DNA of 64,000 bases from Rhina ancylostomus (GCA_030265395.1 JARFYF010000046.1:19331393-19395392), one strand, 5' to 3'; positions 48,090 through 62,669 are shown, counted from the stretch's first letter. The notes: generated by a model from the letters alone, not told the origin. Program-made: numbers and translations.

Positions 48090-49231
48090 GTAAGTTTTAT
48101 GATTTCACATTCTATTTCCTTAGCTTTTTACATTGAGTCACACTTTTGTAGATATTTTAAATCTGAAACCAGAAATCATAAATTGACTAAATTGCCATGC
48201 AATTGGGATCAAACTTTAGCTTTATTAATATAGTTCACACCTCAGCAGCTACCTCTTTTTGAAAATTATTAACATTGTTTATTGTGAGGTACCAGATAGT
48301 GCAGTTTGCATCTCTTTGTGGAAAGGCATGAATTAGAGGCCAGCTACCTCCCAGTAGCAGCATTTTTGTTGCACACTTTCTAATGTGCAACATTAATCTA
48401 GGTGCAACATTAGTTTTTGTGAAATCGGTATCACCATTGCAAATGATTTAATATTCCTTCATGAGGTGATAAAATTGCTTAACACTATTCATTAAAACAT
48501 TATTCACTAATTGTATCAATAAGCAATGTTAAGTATATTAATAAATAGTCTAGAGGAGTGAAATGGGTAAAGATGTTTCATAGAATTTTATAAGTACTGA
48601 GAGAAACTGTTCATCACACCTGTACCAGAACGGAAAGCACTTTCAAATTTCCCTGTTATAAGGGCTTTCATGGATTCTGTTTCTATAGCCATTTGTGAGT
48701 GACCCACATTTGTATGTTCATCTGATAAATAATAAATTCTGTTGAAAAGAACCACAGTTCTATTGGTCTCTCTTATCCCTCGCTATTTAGTTTTCCCCAA
48801 AATAAAATAAATTGCTTTGCTTGTGAAATCATGTCCAGTAATATAAATGAAAATATTTTACAAATATTGCCATTCATAGACTAGAAACAATGAAAAATAT
48901 TCTACACTACACTGTTAAATATAACTTAACAGTAATTGAGGCATATTCATGTTATTTCTTTATAAATGAACATTTTTTAAAAAAAGTTTGCTTAGTGGAT
49001 GAGGAACAGTAATTCAAACACGCAACGGTCCTCTTTTGAATGGTCTGATATAACTGGCCTCAACCACAGTGTCAAGTAGTTTCAATTTGCCTCAAGTTAT
49101 GTGGGAGAAAACATCAGAATTACCATTATTGATCATAATTTTTGTTGGTAAAGACGTATGTTCACATTAGATGAAAAGATTTGAACTGACATCAGAATGC
49201 TCTATAATTAAGTACACCCCCCAAATCACTA

Positions 49232-50558
49232 GCTTGGTCCTGTGTAAAGGAAGCCTATTCAGTAGCATTTTTGTCCCTGTCACTGTTGATTAATTGGTTT
49301 CTTGTACTACTTATGCAGCCAGTGTAATGAGGGCAATTTTTGTTTTCTGTTAACTGTTTCTGTATAATTTACAATGGCCAGGTCTAAAGCAGTTAAGAAT
49401 GTTTAATTTGTTCAAACAGTTAATTTATTTTTTTTAAGTCCATGAGAGATGATTATCTTGCACAAGGTAACTAAGGATAGCAAGGACCTGCAAAAAAGTA
49501 CCCCCGGATGAGGCATTATCAACAAGGAGAAAATATAGCACAGTGCAATTTTAATGTTGGCACTACTATGAACCATTAATATAAAGTAGAAGCACTTATT
49601 TTGTGTATGAACTAACTGGCAATTTCTATTTCTCTTAGACTAGACAAAGTTCAAACAAAAGGGGTTCAGATGCTGACTCAAACCTTGATAGTGTAAAGAA
49701 GCGCAAGTCTGAAAAAATAGATGCCTATGCTTATGACATGGATATAGATTCAGGTATAGCACTTAAATAGTTCATATTTTGTATTGCATTCCTAAACATC
49801 ATAATAAAATGCAGTTCCCTTTCAAAAAAGGAATATTAAGATACAAGTTTCACCATGTGCAGATATTCTGATTTATTTTGGGGGAGGGGGGGAGAGCATG
49901 GTTAAAAATACAAAAGTTGAGCCTTGCTATTTCTTTCCAGTTGGAAACGAAGCAAGTCTTTATTGCATACTTATTTGTAGTTTACAACTCAGAATAGGTT
50001 GGCATGCTGTTTATCTATCCATATTCATATCCAATAGACTAAGAGTATTTATTTTGTATAGCAAGTCCTATAAAGCTGTAAACACTTAAAGCTATTTGCC
50101 TATTCCTCAGTTAATCTCAGGCATTTCCATTTCTCTGGTGAAAGCAAATCAAGAAAAAATATTCTTTGAGATAGAAGGTGATATTTCTGGAGCAGTTTCA
50201 AAATAAAGATTTCTTTATATATGTACTGGGAAATTCTGTCAAATCCATATCTCAGGTTTAATGTACCAAAAGGAGTTAAAGACCTAACAAATTCCACAAA
50301 ACCATTATTTCCTTTTTGAAGAAAGGAAATGTGATGCATGTTCTGGCTCTAAAAGTGCTTGGTCCTGTGTGAAGGAAGCCTATTCAGTAGCATTTTCATC
50401 CCTGTCACTGTTGATTGGTTTCTTGTACTATTTTTGCAGCCAGTGTAATGAGGGCAAATTTTGGCTTCTGTTAACTGTTTCTGTATAGTTTGCAATGGTC
50501 AGGTCTAAAGCAGTTAAAAATATATAATTTGTTCAAACAGTTAATTTATTCTTTAAGT
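49232..50558 (+). repeat. ~200-bp direct repeat, copies at 49232-49439 and 50357-50558, flanking ZCCHC8 exon 13
   Basis: Both copies run gcttggtcctgtgt.aaggaagcctattcagtagcatttt ... gttcaaacagttaatttatt, with scattered substitutions and small indels. Confidence 0.9.
49639..49753 (+). CDS. ZCCHC8: ZCCHC8 exon 13: TRQSSNKRGSDADSNLDSVKKRKSE...DMDIDS
   Basis: tctcttag acceptor and gtatag donor, 115 nt, phase 0 to 1. Confidence 0.88.
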
Positions 50559-52589
50559 TTGTAATTTATTAGTTAAAGATTCTAGACTTATTCTACTAGT
50601 ATTATCCATGTTTGTATGATCATCTATCAAAATATATCCAGAGAATCAGGTATGCTTACCAATCCAACACACTTAGTTTTGGAGTTCAAGGACCTATCCT
50701 TGGCTGCCTCTTATTTTTCATCTCCGTACTGGACCCCAGTGAGATCATTTGAAAATTATCAAATTCCATATGTATCCATATTCCAAATGTAGCTCTGTCT
50801 TATTGTACATCTGCTTCACAATTGAGACTGCTTGCTTCCTTCCACCTCCATAACATCACGTTACTAAAACCTCATTACTGCTCAAGTCCTCATCCATGCT
50901 TTTGTTAACTTGGGATGTGACAATTAACATGCTCTCCTGGCTGTCTCCCACCTTCCACTTTACATGTGTGATCTTTCAGACCTCTGCTGTCTGAATTTTA
51001 ACTTGCACAAAAAGTCTCATTCACCTGCTTCCATCTTTAAATTATCGCTGTGCCTAATGGCTTGCAGGAACCAATGGGGGGGGGGGGGGGGGCNNNNNNN
51101 NNNNNNNNNNNNNNNNNNNNNNNNNNNNNNNNNNNNNNNNNNNNNNNNNNNNNNNNNNNNNNNNNNNNNNNNNNNNNNNNNNNNNNNNNNNNNCCCCCCC
51201 CCCCCACTGCCTGTTTCCAGTTCAACAGCACTTCAGCAATGAGGAAGATAAAGGTGTTTTCTCATCCCTCAACAGCTTTGCTGCTTCTTACCACAGTCAC
51301 CACCTCCAGCTCTACTTTTAAATACTGGGATAATGTTAGCATTTTGTACTGCAGTTTTAATTGAACTAATTGCAGCCATGTTTGCAAGTGCCTTGGCCCT
51401 AATCTCCAAATTTCACATTTTTATTTCTCAACATTCCCTTTTTAGATGATCCTTTTAGACCTCTTTTCACTAAGCTTTTGTTCTGTTCTGATTTTTCCTT
51501 CTGTGGTTTGATGTCAACTCTTTCCATTATGAAATGCTGTGGGCAGTTTGCTACATTTAAGGAACTATTTAAATCCAAGTTCTTTGGATATTGAAAAACA
51601 GCAGCCTAAATTTGAAATTTAAGAGAACTTTGGTTTATCTGTTTCTTGACTTTTCAGAGATCTTAAACTATTCACTCAAATAACACAGAGTCTGAGGATA
51701 TGATAGATATTCTTGACTGGAGGCTCTGGCCTCAGAGCTGTCATAAATATCCACTATTTGAGAATTCAGCTGGACATAGTAACTCATCACTTAATACCTA
51801 GAATCTGTTTAACTCTATAGTGGCATTTCACCAAAGAAAGATGTATTAGCTTTCAAAATTTATTATAGGCTGAGGAGAGTTCAAGGGAAATATCTCTGTT
51901 TTTCAACTAAATATACTCAGTAAATATTCAGATCTTAACTTTTGTAATGGATAGTAGTCATTTACCTTTTGCATGTTAAACAACTACAAGTACTACTAAT
52001 TGTCTGTAAAGCATTTTCAGGTGCCCTGAATGGGATATCAGTTGGGTCATTCCCACTTTGGCTCTCTCCAAACATTAGATATTATTCGTCTTCTAGGATG
52101 TAATGTTCCATATTGGGGTTTAAAAAAAATGAACCATTTTTCTGTCCATTCTATTGTAAACAGTTTCTTCCAAAGACAACTGAAAAGTACAAAGATTTTT
52201 TTTTCATTTTGTTCTGTTCATATATTAGAAAGACCTTTAAATGAAAGCAAAATGCTAGAAATACTCAACCATTTGGGCAGCATCCATGGAGGGAGAAATA
52301 GCTTTATTTATTTCAAGTTAATGATGTTTTGTTACAATTGATCATCAACTTGAAAGGTTAACTGTTTCTCTCTTGACAGATACTGTCAAGTCTATTGAAC
52401 ATTTACAGCCTTTTCTGTTTTTATTTCAGACTTCAAGGATCCTCAGTTCTTTTTACTTTTCAGTTAGAAAGCCTGTTAGTACCCTGGTTGCTTATGACTT
52501 CCAGATTATATTTACTTTGAAGTATTGTGACTGAAGTTGAGAATTCAGTAGTTCTTCTACTAAGTATGTTCACTTTATATCTCCTGCAG

Positions 52590-53347
52590 ATTCAGAACCT
52601 TCAAAGCCATTACGTCATATTCCACCAATGTCTCCTGGTTGCCCAACAAATTTATCGTCTCCTCCTCCTCTACCCAAAGGAACACCCCCTTCTACACCAC
52701 CTACATTTGTCCCACCTGCACCACCTACTCCAACCCGTCCCCCACTTCCAAAAGACACCCCTCCCTCTACTCCTTCAACTTGTTCTCCAGCAGGACATTC
52801 ACTACAAGATGGGAATACTCAGTTAGTAACTCCCCAGATTGTGGACAAAACTTTGGATGAAGATATCTTATCACTGGAAGAGCTGGAAGAACAGCAGCGG
52901 TTGATCTGGGCTGCACTGGCACAGACTGAAGGTACTGTTAGTGAGACAGAAGGTCCTTGTGATTCTCCTTTAACCAAGAGTTCTACCAATTCCTCACCAA
53001 CAATAGTTCAACCAGACAATTGCATGGAAATTGAGTCTAATGATAAAATGGGCTTAGTTGAATATAATTTTGGGAGTCCAATTGCTGAAGCATCTTCTGC
53101 ACCTGAAACTTCTGCAGAATCTATTGAAAGAAACAGAGTATGTTTAGAGAAAACAGATGAGGGCAGCACCAGTGCCGATCTTCCAGAAACGCAGGAGAGT
53201 AGAATTTCTGCAGTGCCCGACATGAGTAAATTTGCTACTGGAATCACACCCTTTGAATATGACAATCTTTCCGAGGCAACCGGAACTTACCTCAAACTCA
53301 GGAACTTGTTGAAGAATTCTCCAAGAAACAAAATGAAAAAGAAATGA
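52590..53347 (+). CDS. ZCCHC8: ZCCHC8 last exon: Pro-rich region, LSLEELEEQQRLIWAAL, C-terminal PDMSKFATGITPFEY...LLKNSPRN
   Basis: ctcctgcag acceptor, phase 1. Conserved MTR4-binding C-terminal motifs, TGA stop. Confidence 0.97.
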
Positions 53348-56300
53348 ATATTTAAAAAGGAATGCTGAAACTTTCAGATCCAAGGCTTCCTTGTCATGAT
53401 GTCACCATTTACCATGATGGAGCTTTTTTACCACTCAGACCTCACTTCAACATTTTGCAGCAGAGCAGATGTTTTAGTGAACGTGTCAAAAATATGGATG
53501 TCAGTGCTCTTTTAATATTTAAGGTTGGTAAAGAGTGAAAAGTGTCTGGTGTTGAAGAAAGAGGCTTTTCTGTGTAATATTCATTTTCAAAGAGGCACTG
53601 TTGAAATTTGTCCTTTAGGCATGGTCTCAGAATTTCTCTTATGTGGAATTAAGTGTACAGTGAAATTTTTAGTCATTTCTTGTACATCATTTTTGTTTAT
53701 ATAACAATACATGTTTTTGATATTACCAATGTAATTTTATATATTACTGCCAGGGATTTTAGTGTACAGTATTTTAATTCCTAATAACTGAATATTGAAA
53801 TTGTCAGGGATTACTAGGGCTGTTTTCAGGTATTTTATGAATATCCACATATGCTTTAGTTTTTTAAAGCTTCTTCAACCTTTGTAATGCCATTCTTTGC
53901 GAGGAGTACACAGCCTTGGATTGCAGGAATGTGATGAACAATTCTACTATGACGTGTTTTAGTATTTTGTGACTGCATTAAATGGCATTGAAATTTGCAG
54001 GAAATGTTGTGATCTTGGTCACTCATTTATCATTATGGCAAAGGTCACCTTCATGGAAAATCTTTGGTAAGCTACCATGTGGAAAATTGTGAAATCCTGG
54101 CCACAACCTTTTGAGGCCTCTGGGAGGGGGGTTTGTATGGTCAAATAACAAAAATCAACATGAATTAGTACTAATTGCCACTTTCTTATAAGGTTTGAAC
54201 AATTTAGAGTTGAATATATTAATGCTACTACTTGTTTAAGAGATAATGGAGAGGACATCTCAACAAGTGTTGGTGTTGGCACCAAAATCGAATGGTTGCA
54301 ATCAAACTTAATATAGTCCTTTTGCACTTTGATTACTTCCTATTGTGTTGGACAGAATAATCACAATTTCAAGATGTCAAAATTTCCTTTTCCAGTGTCT
54401 TGTTTTTAAATCAGTCAATTTTGTTTCTCAAGTTACTAAAGGCAAAATTGAATATAGGTCAGGCCCAACTTCAGAGAGAGTGCACTCTTGATTTCCTCCT
54501 ATAGTTGTGTGATATTGAGGCTTTAGAAAACATGCTGGAGATGTCCACAGACTATTTCTGAGCATAAAATATCAGATTTATTGAGATGGTACTTTCCACT
54601 TCAGATTATCCTTCTCTAACAGAACAGAATAACCAAGGAAGGGAATTGTATTGTAGGTTAAAATTTGTTTTGATTGAACAGGAGGGAAGCAGAGTCATAA
54701 TGTTGTGTAAAGTCAAGTCTAGATTGAATATCAGGAGTTAGATCTTTTCCCAGAGATTATGGGTCTTTTGGAACAGGCTGCTGCCCATGCATACTGATGG
54801 ACATTTCTTCAAGCAAGTGCTGGATCTATTTCTGTTTGGGGTCAGTATTACCTCTTGGGTAAATTTAGACTTTCTAATTCTCTCAACTTTCATCATCATC
54901 CAAGTTATTAGCTGAACCTCGCACCTGACATTTGTCCTAAATTTCATTTCTTAAATTATAGAGATTATATAGATTCACTCCCTGTGGCAATGGAGTTAGA
55001 GGCCCTCCAAATGCCAACACTTTTACTGTATAAATTTCATCTTTGTTTGCTAAAAATAAAGGTATTTCTCAGTTTGTATGTGTCTCCATACAAACTGGTT
55101 TCATTTAAGTCATTAACTCAATAGCTACTTATGATTAATACTTGCATTTCTCATAATCATATTTGCCTAGACATGGCTAGTGCCCAGCAGACTAAAGAAA
55201 GTTTGGCTTGAGGGTCCACTGTGGCAAAATTCGTAGCTATCAAAGCTTGTGACACTGTGTATTGCTGAATAGGAGGAAGAGTGAATGAAGTCAAACAAGT
55301 CCAACTTCGGGAAGGTGGGTGGAGACTGCTGTAGGGGAATGAAGAACCAATTTGGATGCTGGTAATTGTACAAGAGGGGTGTTGTAAAATTGACCACCCT
55401 GAATCGGTGGAGGATCCGGGGTAGGAGATTGGTAGTAAACTGAGGCTAGTGTCGTGTGGGATCAATGGTTGGGTCATGGTTAAGGGTCAGCAGAAAACGC
55501 TAGTAGGTAGATCAGGCCAAGAGATCAGTGGAGTAGTGGTTTTGGCAGCACATTAATAGTCAGTGAGGTAGTTTGGCTGCAGATTGGTAGTAAGTGGGGT
55601 GGGGTCAGAGAACCAGGTAAAATTTGCGAAGTGGTGGAAGAGGTAGGTTCGCAAGGAGGACCTGTTAGTTTGGTTGACTTTTAACCTAAAGTAGGCATAT
55701 GTAAAGTGGATTTGTTGTGCCAGACTTGGGTTGGAACAGGTCTCCCAAATGATGTGAAGGCCTGCTTCATTTGAGAGGACTACGCTGTCCACGGGCCTCA
55801 CCATGTCATTCTAAATTAAAGAACTAGCACTCAGATACATTCTATACTCTTGTGCTCGAACATGTGTTAGACATAGAGGGTCTGGAAGGAAAATTGTGGG
55901 CCATGCAATGTGCAGTAAATGTATGATTTTTCACTTATTTTTGAAATTGTGCAATAGATTTAAAAGGGTGGCACTATGCAATCCCATTTCTAGATATTGA
56001 TGTGTTGACTTCCTCCTTTAACACTTCTGTAACAGATTCACCAGCAAGGGAAATCGCACCTTCATTGCCCTCTTAAATCAGGTGAATAATTTTGGGTATC
56101 TTTCGATTAACTGAAATGTATGAGAAAAATGTATTCATTGTTTTCTGTTTGTATACTGGTGCATTTCTGTTGGATGTGAGTTGGCTTGGACCCAATGTGA
56201 TGTTTCCCACATTTCAAAAGCCTGTGCTAATGCCAGGAATGAGTGGTGTGAGAGAGGGTATAATGAATTACTGAAAAACTTTCAGTTTGCATTTTTTCCA

Positions 56301-56974
56301 GCAACATCCATTCCCTCCCAAAAGATGCAACAGCTGTTCTTTCATCTCCTGCTTCCTGGCCAGTTAGGTCCTCAGTCATACTTTCTCTATGATTTCAGTT
56401 TATTGTGCTATCAGTTCAAATCGTGATCTCCTACATCCTAATCTTCAAACCCAGTTATGGAATTAGGAAATGAAGTGGTAGTTGATTGGTCATGCAGAAT
56501 ATAGCAGACATAACCAATCAACTACCACCCCATTTCCCAATTTTATAACTATCATCCCCTTCATCTTTAGCTTCCCACATTTCTAATGAAGTTCAACTTA
56601 ATCTCAAGGACCAACCCCTCATGTATGACTGGACACTTTATAACCCTTCAGTTCTGTAATCCATTTGAGTATATTCTTTCTGGATGTTGGACATTACATC
56701 CGGATAATAGTTTTCTTCATCTCTATGGTTATTACTTTGCAGCTTCACCTTTTGCTATTTCCACTCTATCACATAAATTGGCTCTTCCCCTCTCACTTCT
56801 ATGCAAATTAAACCTATTTATCTCCATTTATTCCATTCTGTTGAAAGATAACTGACCTGAAACATTAAGTATTTCTCTGTCCATAGATGCTGCTTGACTT
56901 GCTGAGAATTACAAAAATAAACTGTATTATCTTTATTTCAGATTTCCAACATTGCAATATTTTGTTTAAGATAT

Positions 56975-57195
56975 CAAGATATTGGTTTATTAGTCACATG
57001 TACATTAAAGGACACAGTAAAATATCTTTTTGCATTACTGAGAATGTGTTGGGTGCAGCCCACAAGTGTCGCCACTCTGGCGCCAACATAGCATGCCCAC
57101 AGCTCCTAACCTGGACATCTTTGGAATGTGGGAGGAAACTGAAGCACCTGGAGGAAACCCACGCAGACACAGGGAGAATGTACAAGCTCCTTAAG
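56975..57195 (-). mobile_element. V-SINE-domain element with LINE-like tail
   Basis: tgtgggaggaaactgaagcacctggaggaaacccacgcagacacagggagaa is the reverse complement of the V-SINE core. Confidence 0.7.
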
Positions 57196-60100
57196 ATACT
57201 GCTTGGTTGAGGTATTACAAGGCTGTTCACATTGGTGGCCCTGTATAACTTTGAACCTATTGAGGGGAAAATGGCTATTATATTTTAATTGGTGTTAACC
57301 AGAAGCAGTAACATAGTTATATCTATTTATAATCCTAGAGAATTTTGGTTTAAATCCCAATTGGGCAGGATGAATATTTGATTTCCTTTCTTTTTTTTAA
57401 AAAAAAGGGAAAATGTTGGAAACACTCAACAGGTTGGGCAGCATATGTGGAAAGCTAAACCATTAACATTTCACATCCTAGGTCCTTTGCCAGAACAGTG
57501 AAAGAGAGAAAACAAATTATTTTTTTAACAGCAGAGGGGGATGGGTTGAACAAAGAGAATAGGGTGAGACCAAATGACTTTCTTCAAGGATGACATCCCT
57601 ATAAGACTTAACCTGCTCAGTGTTTCCAGCATTTTGTTTTTATTTCAGCATTTGCAATTTTTTTATTTTCAGTATGTTTGTGAAATTGTTTTTTTTAATG
57701 TCAAGTCCCAGGTATCAGAGTGAGGATGGAAATTAATCAGTCCAAAAGTGGTCATTTTGGGAAGTAAACCTCCATCCTTATCCCTTTATGAATGTAATTG
57801 ATTCTCATTCTCAACTGACTAATCAAGCTATTCAATTAAGGGCAATCAAGGAGGGACAATAAATGCTGCCCTAACAAGTCCTTAAATTGAGAATTAAAAT
57901 CTTGCTGAAAAAATCCTTATCTGAGCACTACCACCTGTCATAACTTTAGTAATTTTTTTTTGCAGGAGAAAATTTTAAAATAGTTTGGGTAAAATTGTGC
58001 TGAGCCAGTTTAGCTATTTTTAAAACTGTAATGATATAAGCAGATTTTGTTCATTTGATGTAAAAGAGCCATTAAGAAGATTCCAGTGTGAAAAAGGATG
58101 TGATTTATTCAAGGTTGTAGTTAGAGGAATTGATGGTCAATGACCATATCCAACAATTCCATTAACTGTAGGAGATGGTCATCTGAAATATACTGTTGAA
58201 GACATTTCTTTTTGGATTAGGATATGCAAACTACCAACTTTATTCTGTTAAATGATTCACTGACACTAAACATGTAGGTATTTATTTTGGATTTTAAATT
58301 AAAAACCCTTATGTTTGTAATGAATGTATAAAGACTGAAACTGTCCTTGTATTACACAAACCTTAATACTAATCCATTATTTTTTTTCAATTGATTTTTG
58401 TATCTAAACCAGGATAATCTTCCACACCAGTCAGATTAATAATTGACTAACCAGTTTCAAAATCCATTGTATCCATGGATATAATGAGGACACAACATCA
58501 CAGATGATTAAAGGTGTCTTTGCAAAAACTAGATATTTAGATTTTTACTAACAGGATGCATTAAAACAAGTTTAAAATTTTTGCAGCTAGAATGACTGGG
58601 CATGTAAAGCATTTCCCTGTTCTGTAAAGAGCCCAACATCATCTTGCTAATATTGAATCTTGTTTATGGATGAATGATGTCAGCAATATTATAACATGCA
58701 AATTTTTTTGTCTGATTGCAATGACTATTTACATTATTGTACATAGTGGTGTTGAGATCCAGTCATTGTGATCTTTAAAAGCACAGATCAATAGATTTTT
58801 GGGGGTAGTACTGGAAAATGATACCGAAGTAGAAAATCTACCTCATCATGATTTTAATGAATGCTGGAGCAGTCTCAAAGGGTCAGAAGGTCTGCTCCCA
58901 TTTCCTATGTTCAGTTTAAACATTCATACACTCTACAGCCTTTGTGATGGAGGTAATCATCCAAAAAGGCACTATAATGACTTGCCTAGGCTACTCGAAC
59001 AGCACCTTACAAACTGTTGAAATCTAGTAACAAGAAGGTGAGAACAGCAGGCAATAGAGAACACTACAACCTGCAAGTTCTCTCCAAGTCATATGCTATC
59101 CTGATTTGAACTTCCAACCCAATGTCGTTCTGGGAGCTAGCGCAACAGAAGGACTGCCATTGTTCAAGGTGGTAGCTCACCACTACCTTCTCAAGGGCAA
59201 TTCTAAGTGCAGGCCTGGCCAGCATAACTAGATCTTGAATAAATAAAATAAAATTGCTTTGCTGTTACACATTCCTTTCTGTGCCTTGTTTCTATTCTTT
59301 TTGATGGAGTGTCTTTGTTAGTATTCTATTTATCTTATGCTATGCACTACCTTTTTCTATGCTATAGATTATCTTTGCTAAGTGCATATTGTCCCTGTTC
59401 ATGACACACACTCTACACCCAGTGTCCATATTCCATTTAAAAAGCTACTGTATCCAGAGCCCACTGTCTCTGCATGGTGCATGCACATCCTTTACATATT
59501 GTCTATACTCCCTATACCTAATACACTCTGTGTCCACACTGCATCTGGAGGCTAAACTCACAGTACTTAGTACTGAGACTCTTATATTCTATATCAAGTG
59601 ACTCCATGCTGTTAGGTACTCACCCTACTAATTCACTAACCAGCGTGGACAGGACAGTGATGGAGTGAGCTGTGACTGAAACCTCAGGCTGTCCTTTCAA
59701 GAGCAATGCAGAGAGTAGGGTGATCCTGACCAAGTTGATTCTCACTATGCCAGAACTGCTTATTGGACCCAGGCCTCAAAAACCTCCATACAATTTGAGC
59801 TCTCTCTCAGAAATGTGCCTCTCCACGCGATATGGAGATATCCAATACCGCTGTCCCTACCCACTCTTCCCAGCTTTTCAAGCTGTCTGTGATTTCTGCA
59901 GNNNNNNNNNNNNNNNNNNNNNNNNNNNNNNNNNNNNNNNNNNNNNNNNNNNTGTCCCTACACACTCTTCACAGCTTTTCAAGCTGTCTGTTATTTCTGC
60001 AGTATGAACAAGTACATATTTATACAGGGAAGTAAGAGGTTGCCGCTCCTCTTTGAGTATTGGAAGGGTCTGCACCTCAAGTTCTGGTTGCACTTCGGCC

Positions 60101-60699
60101 CACACTTCTGATATTTGGACAGCCAGTACGCCGGGGGACGGGGGTGGGGGCAAGATTCAATAGGGATCCTCCTCGTTGCTCTGCTCCTGATCCTGGCTAA
60201 GGTGGTTATTCACAGGTCCATGCAATGGGCTGTGGAGGATTCTGCCCGAGTCGACTGCCTGCTCCTCTTCTGATGATATGTCCCGCAGAGGGAGCACTCA
60301 GTGTCCACTGGCTGTTTGGAGGCTTTCCAGGACCAATGGGTGCATAAAGTGCATCCTGGAAAAGAATGAGTTTTAATTGGAGAATTTTGTAAATATTCTG
60401 ATGGAACTGATGTAAATATGCAAATAAACCATTAAAATAAAATAACAGTGTGGGCACAGAGTGAAGCTCCCTCTATATTACTCTGCCGAGGGAAGTGAAT
60501 CGGAATGAATTACTGGAATGGGATTGTGGCAGTGTGCTCTCTGTTCCTCTTCCCACAGATTCTGTCTGACCTGCTGAGTATTTCCAGCATCTGCAGAGTT
60601 CATTTTATTTTGAATGGCTTCAGTCATGCAGATTCCTTACATCTGCGAACCGCCCTACATTCGAAGCAAAGTGTCCATCAAGTGCCCCGATTTAATTAA

Positions 60700-61240
60700 A
60701 CGATAGACAATAAAAAAGCGCTCAAAGCGTCCTGCCAGTATCATCACGGGCGATACCTGGGCACATGCACCACGCCCTCCCGGTATTGAAGGCCCAGCCG
60801 AGGCTGGTGTTGAACTCCCCTTATCTGGAGTTCGCCCGCTACCGCAGGTTGACTCTGCCGGCCCTTCCCGCTCACCCGCCTCTCCCTCAGGCAGCCTCTG
60901 ACTTCGTTGCCGCCCGGTGGGAGGCGGGCTCTGACGTCAGGTCATTCGGTTCAGTCGGACTGGGCTGGGTTCTGTTTGGTTTCGGGACGGGCGCCGGGGA
61001 CGAAGTTACTGCAGCCCGAGGTAAGTTTTATCCCGAGCTCCGGGCGCAGAGCGCGGCGAGTCACGGGCTGGGGAGCCGGTGTGTGCTCGGGGATTGGATC
61101 CGCGGGGAATGACGCTGGGCCTCGTCTCGCCGTTGAGGCCTTTCAGAAGGGGTTGTGACTGGAAAGTCACCATGTCGATGGCACCTGGTGTTGGGAGCGG
61201 AGTAACTTAATTTTCGAGTAAAAAGTCACGGCGAAATGAT
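60700..61240 (+). promoter_or_regulatory. CpG-island promoter and non-coding first exon (donor at 61020/61021) of the next gene, probably CLIP1
   Basis: CpG island with GC box gggaggcggg, CRE TGACGTCA at 60932-60939, and a strong donor gag|GTAAGT. Identity is inferred only from the vertebrate gene order RSRC2-ZCCHC8-CLIP1. Confidence 0.65.
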
Positions 61241-62669
61241 GGACGAAGCGGCTCTCTTTCCCCCAGCCCCTCCCTCAAACCCCAGGAGCCCAGTACCATC
61301 TGTAAAACGCCAAACCGCCCCATCCTCGCCCTCAGTCACTTCAGCTTCCTCCAGTTACTTGCAGATATTTGATTCTTCCGATAGAGTTTGTTTTTACAAG
61401 TCTATAATTTTTAATTCTAACTGCTATGCTTGTCAGATGACCCGGGATGTGCCACCTCATACACACACACACGCGCGGACACGCAGTCTGACTACAGATT
61501 CTGGCAGCTTCTGCTCCCACACTTTTCCTTTAGAGCTTCCGAAGTTCAGAGTGTAGTTGTTATATTCTGAGTCCACTACAGACTGTGTGGCAGAACCATA
61601 GCCACAGAAAAGGCAATTGCTTTACACCATCTGAATCACAAAAGGCCAAACACTTTAGACAGAACGACCTACTTCTGTCCCCTAAATTTCTACGTTCTTC
61701 TGAAACAGTTTAGTTCTTTTGAACTTCTTTTTAAAATATATAATTTGCATCGATTTTACTTTTGAGATCACATAATATGGAAAGTAAATGGATTAAGAAT
61801 TTCAAGCATGTGGTCCATGTGATCTATTGGGCTTTTAACCAGCCAGCCTGTTTGTATCTAGTTTTGGATTTCTTTCAGTTAGTTACCATAATTTTAAGAA
61901 TATCCCGTAGAAGTCTATCGCAAACCAGTTAATGTTTTTTTTCGAGGATCCACTTGTGTGAGTTAATTGGATCACATACAATTATCAGGATTATTTTCTG
62001 ACAATGTCTCACATTTTTAAAATGACCTTACCATCAAAATATGATTGTTTTTGTCAACCATAAGCTTCAAAAATGGGACTTAAAGAAAAACTCTTGCAGT
62101 GAGAACAGAGAATTGGATTCTTATGGAATTCCTAAATTGGTGGGTGTATGCAAAGAATCTGCCAAACTAGAAATCAGAGCTCCTTTTGAGGGAGACCAGA
62201 AAAACAGGTCTTTACTTTATACTGCCTTCCTACATGTTCGAGGAAGATTTTTAAGAAAAATGAATAAAAGGCCACCTTCTCTTCTCAGAAGGTTAGAAGT
62301 GTAGGAAAGCATCCAAATGAGTAACTGTGTAAAGAAAATACAGGAAATGGTGAAAATACTCAGATCAGATAGTGGTTGTTTAGAGAAAAGTTATTGTTTC
62401 CAAAAGAAAGCCTTCCATTAGAAAAAAAATATAACAGGTGGAACTCTTTGGCTTAGTTGTTAGTAAAATGAAATTTCTCTATTAAGTGGGCATGTGGATG
62501 AAGGGTAAGAAAGTTGAGGACTAATGGTGATGATGTATAGTTTTAAAAATATATTTAAAATGAAATGGAAATTTTATACAGGTGACCAATGATAGGCAAA
62601 GAAAATTAAAGGGAGACAGAGTACTACAGCCCAAGTGGACTTTACAGAAGGATATTTGAAGAAGGAACA

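Noticed and set aside
59853-60002. Apparent tandem repeat
   Set aside because: Copies flank an N-gap; likely contig overlap or alleles, though a short minisatellite cannot be excluded.
60765-61556. ORFs in the downstream CpG island
   Set aside because: GC-rich chance ORFs with no recognisable homology; two of them cross the splice donor at 61020.
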